From the NCBI GenBank assembly GCA_000934665.2, contig KZ539124.1:1-32669 (forward strand): a stretch of DNA of 32,669 bases, written 5' to 3'. The DNA comes from Catajapyx aquilonaris. Lineage: Eukaryota. The notes beneath the pieces are model-generated. The model had not been told where the DNA came from. It did not search any database and saw nothing but the letters and a program-made list of their open reading frames with translations. Position numbers and translations under genes: made by a program. The first letter of the stretch is position 1, and each line of letters starts with the position of its first letter. This document shows, in pieces, positions 22,947 through 32,669 of this stretch.

Positions 22947-24656
22947 CAGGGATTGGACAAAATAACAGGGCCCCCTGCAAAAAGCGGGGGAATGTTCTCC
23001 TCCATTGTACTCGAAAACTGTAAAAGTTACTGAGGTGGCTTTTACTGATTTTTAAAGCTCTGTTGATGTACTATATCGCTCAAAAAGATAGAGACGATTG
23101 GCATTTGATTCAAGTGCAAGTTGCACTTGAGTCAAATGCAAAATTGTCTCTATCTTTTTGGGCGATATAGTACATTTACAGACATGAAGATGACACAAAA
23201 ATCACAAGAGGAGGGGGAGAAACAAAAGACTAACGAACACACACACACCCCCTCCCCCCCTTTGTTTGGTATAGAGATGAACCAAAATTACTGACAGGAG
23301 GCAGGGGGGATAGAAACCTCACCCCTCTTCCCCGACACTGCTTGAATGCAAACGATGGAAAATTTTCATCCCACTGCCACAGGGTGTCCAAACGCGAGAA
23401 CACTGGACAGAAATGGTAAAACCAAGTTGGCAGAGTCGTGTCAAATCTTTCCTAATGTAAGAAATTAATGTCTGAACAATAATAAACTCCTTGGTAGGTT
23501 GAATTGAGATGTGTTTTATGCCAGACAGGTACTCAAGTCGAGTGTTTGCCTGCCACCTTTTTGTGTCTATTCAGTCGGCATCTTATGGTCATGGAAGAAA
23601 GGTCACCGCATTCCCAAATTCAGACTCATCTGAATTTTAAGGTGTGCATAAAATACCTCCGGCTAAGTACTACTTACTCTCATAATTATAGCAATTTGAA
23701 TGTGACCTTGAAATGAGGGTGCCAGGCGCTATTTTGTTGAGGCCTCCATCACGCACATTTGTCATGTCATTGATTTGATTTCAAAGACTCAAAGTAACGA
23801 ATTTCACAATATTTCACTTTGAATCACACATTAAACAAAAGACTAGACTCCCTAGTTATAGAATCGCTTCGTTTCAATCCCACATGATGCCACATTTTTT
23901 TGAAAAAGGAGGCAGCATTTGTCATGCTACCCCGACAAAAGTTGCAATTATGTGCACTTAAAACTAAGTGAATCTATAACAGGGGAGTCGAGTCATTCGT
24001 TTGGTGTGTCATTAGAAGAGAAACTTGTGAAATTCACTACTTCTTCATCTTGAAAATCAGAGGAATATTGTGACCATCGTGACAAATCTGGGCAGAATGG
24101 AAGCTTTTTTTGTCCAAGCATTACCGCATTTGGATACACTGCACTGCTAGTTAATGCTAACTTAGCAGTACCAGGGCCAAATATGGTACTACTAAGTTGG
24201 TAGTAACTAGCAGTGGGATGAAAATTCGACCCAAACTTACTATACATTATTTTGTCCAACCTCTTTTCAGATTTAGTGCTGGGGAAGGGAGGCGTCTTTC
24301 TATTTTTTCCCCTGACCCCTGTTGGTAATTTTGGTCCATCTCTATACCAAACAAAGTGACATCGATAGACGATAGAGCTTCAAAATCCAGTGAAGTTCAT
24401 ATCTGTAACTATTTTCATTTTCAAATGAAAAGGGTGGGACACTCTGTCAAAAATGAGGTCTAGGGGGTGTCGTTAGTGTTTTGTTTCTCTCCCTCCTCTT
24501 GTGATTTTTGTGTCATCTTCATGTCTGTAAATGTACATCAACAGAGCTTCAAAAATCAGTAAAGCCACCTCTGTAACTTTTCCAGTTTTTGAGTACAATG
24601 GAGGAGAACATTCACCCGCTTTTTGCAGGGGCCCCCGCTTTTTTGTCCAACCCCTG
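22947..24656. mobile_element. Tc1/mariner-type non-autonomous element with long TIRs
   Basis: Ends are CAGGGATTGGACAAAA and TTTTGTCCAACCCCTG-TA. The arms match for about 190 bp and again at 23261-23310 versus 24310-24356. No transposase ORF is visible. Confidence 0.9.
23071..23170. mobile_element. 100-bp palindromic mini-MITE
   Basis: CTATATCGC...TGCAA-G-TTGCA...GCGATATAG forms a near-perfect hairpin flanked by TA. It is absent from the host element's opposite TIR. Confidence 0.92.
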
Positions 24657-25053
24657 TATATGGTAACAATAATAGCTGCTACTGTAATGATGCTGTGCCA
24701 ATGAATTGCTTATGCCATGAGGGTTTGTTTACATGCGCAGAAGAAAAAGAAAATAGTTACCAAATTATTAACTTAATCGTTCAATATTTGTGTTGAACTT
24801 GTGTTGGTCAGTGTACGCAGAAGGGATTGAGAGTGGAGGGATAATCATCAGTTGTAATTATTGGGAGCTCGTTCGTACGTACGGTTCGCCATAAGCTGGG
24901 TCGTTTGTAAACCTGGGACTTCCTGTATCTGTTAATAAATTTAATGCAGAGAATATATGTTGTAAAGTCCGGGGATCATTAAACTATCATAAGCTTAGAC
25001 TTTATGATAACATAAGAGAATGAATCTGCCAGGTACCAAATGAAATTAATATA

Positions 25054-25679
25054 CAGAGTGAAGGGAAACTCATGGGCAATCACCTGGTAGACTGATAGTA
25101 CTCGCAAAACTAATATAGGGATGTGCAATTAGTGTTGGGCGCCATTGCATACACTGTAAGCCACAAAACATTAAAAGAGCATCACTGGTGAGTCTCTCAT
25201 GAAATATCAATAATTTGTAATGCTCTGCTAATGCTCTTCTGATGCTTTTTAGCAACAAAAAAGCATCACAGGAGCATCACAAGAGCATTAAAAATTGACA
25301 TTCCATGAGAGACTCACCAGTGATGGCGGTTTACAGTGTAGTTAATGCGTACCCCGCCTTTGAAGTGTAGAGGGCCGGATGGTAAAATATGAGTCAAAAA
25401 CCACACAGTGCACAAGTGTCGCACCCGGATTCCTACTCTGACAGGATTTGATCACCTATTGCTCATGGATGATGTGTTATGGACACAAGACCAGATTATT
25501 TGGAGGCCCTCGAGCCGGCTTTTGCTTCCTTGAAGCTAGTGGAATGGATGTGACGTCATTAAACTTTGACGGTGCATTAACTATGCAACAGCGCCAAAAA
25601 CTAATTGCACATCCCTATATTCGTTTTACGAGTACTATCAATCTACCTGGCGATTGTCTGCCAGTTTCCCGTCACCCTG
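25054..25679. mobile_element. mariner-type MITE with about 105-bp TIRs
   Basis: Ends are TA-CAGAGTGAAGGGAAACT and AGTTTCCCGTCACCCTG-TA. The arms are mirrored in the ORF track (LIAHPYIxFxSTIxLPGDC on both strands). Confidence 0.9.
25152..25338. mobile_element. Nested CACTG-ended hairpin MITE
   Basis: TA-CACTGTAA...TTACAGTG-TA, with an internal perfect IR CATCACTGGTGAGTCTCTCATG and CATGAGAGACTCACCAGTGATG. Confidence 0.88.
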
Positions 25680-27418
25680 TATTGCATCACAAGCCTCTTT
25701 TACACTGTAAAGACATTGGCATCCTAACTTCATACCCTTACCTTTCTTGCACAAGCAGATGGCATAAATTTGAAACCACACCATGTCACAAGGCAATCAA
25801 AATTAGAATTTGCTGAACTTGAATGGGAGAATTACAATTTATGAATGATTGTATGTGACGATATCAAACATCTCAATTGCAGAATACAGTACATTTTTGA
25901 CTGTAGAAAACTTGGGTGAATGTTGTGTGCATTTTAATGGGGAGCATGTTGGGAACAGATTGTCTGAATCCTTAAATAGTGTGGTTTACCAATGCTGCCA
26001 GAGTCTAGTTGTGTGATTTTGGATTAGAATAATGTGATCAGGTAAGGAAAAGTACAATATAATGCTCATAGTGTCTTACAGTTAGCTGAACAATAGTGAC
26101 AATTATTTTCCTTTCTCTTCATAGTAAGCCTGAAGAATTTTTGCTGGCGTATCTCGCTGCCCTTTCTCTGTGTTACCCATTCCTCAACTGTGACTTCAGT
26201 ATCCTGCTCAACCAAGATTCCTCCTCCTGGCTTGAATACACCAGCACCTTTTTCCTCAGTCAATGCCTCTCTTACCCTGATGAGCAAGAATTCTTACGAT
26301 ACAGTGCTGCTGCAAATGTATGCACTTACCTTCTTGGGTTGGTAGGTTAATAAGATTCCAGAATATTTGAAAATCCTGTGTGTTGGTTTTGACACACTTG
26401 CTCTCAGAAGACTACCTTCAAATATTAAGAGCCCATGATGCTCTGAGCTTTTCTCTACCACCTTCAGAGAAAGTGAGTGAGTGAGGCACCGCACCCGTTC
26501 AAACAATGTCCCTTTCAGGGCCAACTAAATCCGTGTTTTATATTTTGTGTCTTCCATCCTTAATTTTAACTTCTGGTATTGTTTCAAGATAAAAGTAGTG
26601 CCAGTTGCACCAGCTCAAAATTCAGGCAACTGGCTCACTCACACACTCAGGTGAAGGTCTTTATTAATTCATTTTAAAGTATTTCAGTGAAGCTTAATTT
26701 GAACATGCGAAGGAATTTAATAGTTTCATTGTATGTGCTCGTATTTCATTCTTGGTGGTGACAGCACCATAGGGTACCCCAAGAAACTTAGGTCAGGGAG
26801 GAACTCTGTGCCTTTTCCACCACACTATATCGACGGCATTCAAGAGAAATTAGTTTCTGCCAATGCGGAATAATAAGAGTAAATTATCAGTTGACAGTCT
26901 GCCTAGATTGATGGAGCCCAGCTTCAGAGAGTAGGTAGGCAAAAACTGTGTTGCACTTTTTCATGTAACATTATTAGGAACAACCTCTCAGTAAACCTTG
27001 TGGGATGTGCTGAAACTCATCCTTGCAGTTGTTGTTTTTATTTTGAAAGGCTAAATTGGGCTGCCATTTAAGTAAACAGTCTTTGAATACAGATACCCAG
27101 TGATGGTTGTCTCATATTTGCCAAGTCTAGAATTAGGAAGACGTACCTGCATATTTTCAAAACGGAGTAACTGTGTGAACATGTCATTATATCCAGTTAC
27201 ACTGCTGTTGGAAAACATTTTCCAGTTGGAAAGGGTGAGTAACATGGCAGATGTCAAGGAAAACAAGGATGAAAAGAATAATTATTCTCTTTCCCTGTTA
27301 TTTTCAATCCAATAAAAGTTTTTACAACATCAGTGCAACTGGATATTACATTATGTCTCAAGTATGAAGTGACCTGTTGCATCGCAATAAATCTGATCTA
27401 TCAATCATTCTCATTCAG

Positions 27419-27800
27419 AGATCCAACCCAACCATTTGCCAGACAACAAGCTAGCCTTCAAAATATTGTGGTGAGTAAGCTGTCGCAGACGGAGACCTGG
27501 CCCAGCCTGACTCCCCATCAACAGCAAATGTTAATTGCTCAGCACATGGCAAGCATTACTGGGGCTGCTGCTGTCCCAGCTGCGCCTTCCCCTGCTGCGG
27601 TGGCACCCCCAATTACTCAGGCTGTTGTAACCTCTGGAACGCAAGGTTCATCGACAGCTGTCCCATCTCCTACCCCAACTTCAGCTGATCCTGTTCTCCG
27701 CCAACTGCGCCAACTGCAGGTTGACCAGCAGATGAAGGCACATGCTGAAGTCCTCCAGCAAAAGAACCCTTTGCAGGCCTTGTTGGAACAGCTGCAGCAG
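27419..27800 (+). CDS. GIGYF: GIGYF coding exon 9
   Basis: Acceptor tcattcag is phase 2, with an in-frame alternative at 27442; donor is CAG|GTCTGC. The open frame is Q/A/P-rich. Confidence 0.85.
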
Positions 27801-28000
27801 GTCTGCACTTCCTTTGATATAGCTTGTCAGTTAACACTTCTCAGAGCTTGAGTTTACTTCCAAATAACCGAAGAAATGACATTTGGGTCACAGATTGGGA
27901 TATCCCAATTGCCAGATGGTCCTCTCAGATGCTTATATGAATTGACTCATTATGACTTGTGACACATGCTTCTAACCCTGTTTACTTGTATTTATTCCAG

Positions 28001-29061
28001 CCCAAGCCATCTGTAGTCCATGAGGCAACAGCAACTCCCAAGACTGACCCCTTGCAGCAGCTCCTACAGCAGATGAGCTTGCAGCTGCCACAACAGCAGC
28101 AGCAGCAGCACCAACAGCATCCCCACCAAATGCATCATCCGATGGCCATGCACCCACACATGCTCCCAATGCAACAACCTCCATCGCAGCCGCAGCAGCA
28201 GCCACATCCAACAAAAACCAGTCCTGAAACAGATCCCATCCAGTCACTCCTTCGCCAGTTGGCCATGCAGGCATCATCTGTCTCCTCCAACACCACCCAT
28301 TCAGCGTCCTCACCAGTCCCAACTGACCAGCCGCAGCAAGCACATCCGTGGATGCCCTCAGCTGCCCCAGGCATGGCCCCTGGTCTTGCCCCTAGCATGG
28401 CACCTGGAATGTCTGCTCCTGCCTTTGGTGGTTCCAGTAGTAGTGGATGGCAAATGGGGATGGGAGCTATCATGCAGCAGCAGCAGCAGCAGCAACAACA
28501 ACAACAGCAACAACAGCAGCAGCAGCAACAACAATTGAAAGGTCAGCCTTCATCAGTGTGGGACTTGGACAAAGGGGAGGACATGAAGTGGAAGGAAATG
28601 GAGGACGAGGAGAAGAAAAAGAAGGTGGCAGCAGTAGCTGAGAAGGAAGAACAGGAGAAAAGGAGAGCTGTTGCCGAAGAGGAGGAGGAGAAGAAGAGGC
28701 GCCGTCGCCGGAGAAAGCAACAACAGGAAGAAGAGGAAGCTGCTGTTGCGGCAGCGGCAGAGGCAGCAAGAATTAAGGCAGAGGAAGAAGCAGCAGAGAG
28801 GAGGCGAAGAGAGGCAGAAGAGGCCGCAGCCATGGCAGCAGCTGCAGAGGAAGAGAGGAAGAGGAAAGCAGCTGAAGAGGAAAAGGAACGCAGGAGAAAG
28901 CGGGATGAGGAGAAGAGGAGGAGGAGAGAGGAGGAGGCAGCAAGGAAGAAGCAACAGCTAGAGGAAGAGGAGCGGAAGAAGAGGAGGAAGGAACAAGAAG
29001 AGGAAGAGATGATCGCAGCTGCCAGGAGGAGACAGCAGGAGGAGGATGAGAGGAGGATTAG
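28001..29061 (+). CDS. GIGYF: GIGYF coding exon 10 (polyQ, SVWDL, ER/K-rich helix)
   Basis: Acceptor ttattccag and donor AG|GTCAGT, phase 0/2. Contains Q20 at 28475-28534 and a long E/R/K-rich segment. Confidence 0.92.
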
Positions 29062-29295
29062 GTCAGTTAAACAATCATTTTGGCATGGGATGAGAGCAGA
29101 CTGTCCTTTTGTTTGCAACTAAAACTGAATACTCCTTGCTCTGAGTGCACACTATAGAACAAAGTACGTATTTGTAAGACCTGTCCACTCTACTCTAAAG
29201 GCAGCTACAAACAGATGTCTGTAGGCCAGTCCTTGTTCTTTGTAATCACCAATCATTGTAGGCCACTGTGCCCTTGCATATATTTTTGTTTTATG

Positions 29296-30195
29296 CAAGG
29301 GCTGTAAAAATGGTGGCAACACATCTCTAGAAAATCAGTGAAATATAGGAAGTTTACACTGCTTATACCACAGATAGGTTTAGGCCTTACCCTACCTCAG
29401 GGCATCATGGGATCGTCCCACCTCTACATATGCATGCAGTATAGAGCATAATGCGAGATGTTGCTATCAACCGTCTAAAGGTGATGTTTTCCTCATTCGA
29501 GCAAAGGTGCTGGTTAAAAATTGAAATTGACAGGGACTGTACAGCACGGCAGTGTCATGAAGACATGGGCTCGATCGTATGAGCAATGAAACACCAGTCA
29601 AATGAATGCTGATATTACTGGTCACCGCGCACAGGAAAATTTTGGCAGAACCCCAGCTGCACGAAGGCAATGGTCATTGTCATCTATGACTGCGACGGTA
29701 CTATCCTGACACATGCCATACCCTGACACGAAACAGTCACTGCTCAGTATTATGCCCAATATTTGGAACACGAGCTCCGGCCAGCTTTGAGCTACAAAAT
29801 CCCCCCATCATTTATTTTTGCATGGCAATGCTTGATGGCCTTTTTCCGAAGTTGTGAATCAGTTATTCACGCGATGGCATTGGGAAGTGCTCTACCACCT
29901 GCCATACTCGCCTGACATAAGCCCATGTGACTTTGTGAATTGATTCTGAAAGAGAAAGAACTGCTTGATGCATTCGTTTTAAGACTATCCCAGACACCTT
30001 CGCGCTTTAGGCCATGCTATAGGAAACATCAACCAAAACGGAGCTGCCTAAGGCATCCTTTGACTTCCATATCGCTGGTGACGGGTGTTATGCAACACTG
30101 GTGACTACATTGAAGGGCTCGGAAAGTTTGAAGTTGCCATGTATATCCAGTCCCAAGTAATTAAATAGTTGCCACTCTTTTATGCACAGCCATTG
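29296..30195 (+). mobile_element. Decayed, internally deleted mariner (DD34D) element
   Basis: Transposase remnants: KTWARSYE (DETW-like), LHGNA (HDNA-like), WEVLYHLPYSPDISPCDF (29881-29934, YSPDL motif) and LPYRW*RVLCNTGDYIEG, with stops and frameshifts. Degenerate TIRs CAAGGGCTGT..GTGGCAAC and GTTGCCAC..ACAGCCATTG-TA. Confidence 0.92.
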
Positions 30196-30388
30196 TAATT
30201 TGCTTATGTTTGTTGTGCAAATTGCATGTGTAATTGAAGCTGTGTTATGATGTAACAGATTAACTAAATGAACTGGGCATTTAATGTTGGGGTTTCTCCT
30301 GTGGGATGAGTTAATTACCAGTAAAGCAAAATCTTTGAGGCACTCCGAGATCAGGATGAATATTTAGGTGTTGATTCTGATGGCACAG

Positions 30389-31068
30389 GGAGGAGCGCCA
30401 GCGTGTGGAGGAAGAACAGATGCGCCAGAGGATGGAAGAAGAGCAGCGCAGGCGTAAACAAGCTGAGGCAGCAGCTCCTCGTGCCAAGGCAGCACCATGG
30501 AGTGCCCAGGCCCACTCTGCCCAAAATCAAGAGGCCCTGAGCCTGACAGAAATCCAGCGTATGCAGGAGGAAAAAGAAAAGAAAGAGGCTGCCTTGCTTG
30601 CTGCCCAGAGGCAGCGAGAAGCTCAGCTTCAGCAGCAAAAGGCAGCCCAGCAGGCCCAGGCCCAGCAGCAGGCCAACCAGAAGCTCAAGTGGGCTGCTGC
30701 AGCTGCTACTGGCGGATTGGGTGGAGGGGCCATGTCGGGAGGAGTCAAGTCCTTTGCAGAAATCCAAGCAGAGGAAGCAGAAAAGGCCAGGAAAGCGGAG
30801 AGGGAGCAGCAAAAGGCTGAGTGGGAGGCAGGGCAGCAGCAGCAGCAGCAGCAAGGGGGGCACAAAGGAGTGACAGGTGGTGGATCGATCTCGAATCACA
30901 ACCAGCACCTGAGCCTAGCTGCGGCTGGGGTCTGGGGCTCTGCTTCACAGAACCTCTCTTGGGCCTCCAAAGCCACTTCCTCCTCCACTTCCATGACGGC
31001 CAATTCGGGACCTGCAAGCCATTGGAATGAAGTGTCTGCATGGAATGCAACTTCTGCTCCTCAGGCCG
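30389..31068 (+). CDS. GIGYF: GIGYF coding exon 11
   Basis: Acceptor ggcacag, phase 2. Contains LSLTEIQRMQEE, LKWA and KSFAEIQAEE motifs typical of the family. Probable donor GTCAGT at 31069. Confidence 0.92.
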
Positions 31069-31143
31069 GTCAGTGCATTGTATCATTGGATGACAAACTA
31101 GGGGAGTCGATCGAGGGTATGTTTAACCCTTCGTCTTCCGCAG

Positions 31144-31428
31144 CTGGCTTCTGGGATGAGACTCCTTCCACAACCCCGTCTGGAGCCACTGCCTCCAAAC
31201 AGGTCCCATCACCTCCAGCAGGCAGCAAAGGAAAGGGGAACAGTGGTGCAGGTGCCAAAGGGAAGGGTGCTGGGGGTGGGGCAGGAGGGGGCGGAGGACG
31301 AAGCAAGGACGAGAGTGCAGCTGCAGTGCTAAAACTGTTTGAGCAGAGTGCAGCCCAGCAACAGCCTAATGACGAATTCACCCAGTGGTGCTTCCGCACA
31401 TTAGCATCCATGAAAACTTCTGTGGACA
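31144..31428 (+). CDS. GIGYF: GIGYF coding exon 12 (gene continues beyond window)
   Basis: Acceptor tcttccgcag and donor GTAAGT at 31429 (phase 1). Contains GFWDE and DEFTQWC motifs. The remaining C-terminal exon(s) were not found in the window. Confidence 0.92.
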
Positions 31429-32669
31429 GTAAGTAACAGAATTATTGCTGTTGTGAGTTTGTGGGCAGTCATCACATCACCACCTGGTGTTGTAAAAACC
31501 AGAAGTGAGATTCAAGTCTTGGAAAGTGTGCATCATGAATAGGTTACCAATCTTATGTGGAATAATTCCCAGATTTTTTGTTGAACTTTGTAATACGTAG
31601 GTTACCAATGTGGAGGTGAATTCATCAAATGCCATAAGTCAAATTTTCGTCGTAATAATTAACTATACCTAGTGTATATGCAGGGTGCCAAAGTTACACA
31701 GTGATCCCCTCACACAATGACTGAGGCCGTGTTGATGGCCACCTTCGACACAGCTCTTGCAGGAGCTCCCGGAGCACCGTGTTTGCTTGTGAATTCAGGA
31801 CCCTTCTTAACACATCTTTTGCCTACTTCAGCGTGGAGTACGACTCCCTGGCTGTTTTCTTGCGGCAAAAGCAGAATTTCAGTGTGGCATACTGCTCCAC
31901 ACATGTCGATGCCATGACTCGTGAGGCGACATCAAGGGTGATGGTGTTTGCGCTGCCACCACACCCACATGATGCGCTGTAGACTTCTGCGCATAAGCAT
32001 GCACATCCATCTTCGACAGACGTACTTAAATATATCACCATCATGATAGTACTTCCTATACTTTCTCATTTAAAAATCAGTCTAAAGATCAGTCTTTATT
32101 TTAAGGCCTTCGTATTTTAGGAAGTTTGTTTGTTTGAAATTTGCGTTCCATAAGCTCGAAACTCGATGTCTTACACTTACTTTTAGAAGGCCTATTTTAA
32201 GTTAGAATAATCCAAATTTTGTCACTAACTGTGATAGATTACCTGCTTCTCTTATAGCGTATAGTCGACACAGATATGCTCATTGGATGTGAAAGAGGAA
32301 TGCAGATGGAGTTGGCCCAGGAAGACTGCACAGCCATGTGTTTTTTCCAGAATTTTTGACCCCTTGACCCCCAACCTCACCTCACACCCCTACCTCGTTC
32401 CATATGTTTGCCCTGAAGGACTTGAGAAGTGTACATACAGACACCTGGTGGGAAATTTTGTTTTGTGTTTGGAAGTCTAATTTCAAATCCCATAAAATCC
32501 CGGAATGACCATACGATACAAACTCACGTGAGGAGGCCAATTAGTGTACTTGGCAGATGCATTGAATTTATGGCGGTAATTGGGGAGTTTAGGTCGGCGC
32601 GAAATACAGCTCTGTTGTGATACTTACTTGAAAAACGAGTGTGCAGGGACCTAGTACTGACGCTGAGGA

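Larger units (their letters stand above)
21932..24925. mobile_element. pogo/Tigger-like MITE (about 370 bp of own sequence) split by nested insertions
   Basis: Ends are TA-CAGAGGAAGTCCCCAGTCTACAAAC and GTTTGTAAACCTGGGACTTCCTG-TA. Confidence 0.75.

Noticed and set aside
27972..31411. Long antisense and alternative-frame ORFs over the GIGYF exons
   Set aside because: These are shadow ORFs of GC-rich low-complexity coding sequence.
31681..32669. Next GIGYF exon or a bounded transposon in the final kilobase
   Set aside because: No phase-1 exon encoding the expected (D)I/VPTF-like continuation was found. A CAGGGTG start at 31681 has no matching partner end in the window.

Overview
Animal (probably insect or other arthropod) genomic DNA with spliceosomal GT-AG introns. 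The main feature is a multi-exon GIGYF/Gyf gene on the + strand (a GYF-domain translational repressor and 4EHP partner). Its ATG is at 7815, and 12 phase-consistent coding exons can be traced to 31428 (about 1,600 aa); the 3' end lies beyond the window. A CpG-rich promoter (about 6550-7450) appears to be shared head-to-head with a 107-aa single-pass membrane ORF on the - strand. An unidentified coding exon lies at 593-1230 and a tRNA-like element at 53-148. Introns and intergenic DNA are packed with non-autonomous DNA transposons (hAT with 8-bp TSDs, Tc1/mariner/pogo-type with TA TSDs, Harbinger-like, CACTG-ended, Kolobok-like), often nested. These include a 909-bp foldback element and a decayed mariner transposase. 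I see no clear wholly new biological system. The best leads are the nested foldback/hairpin elements, an in-frame retainable intron, a variant 4EHP-binding motif and the divergent microprotein gene.
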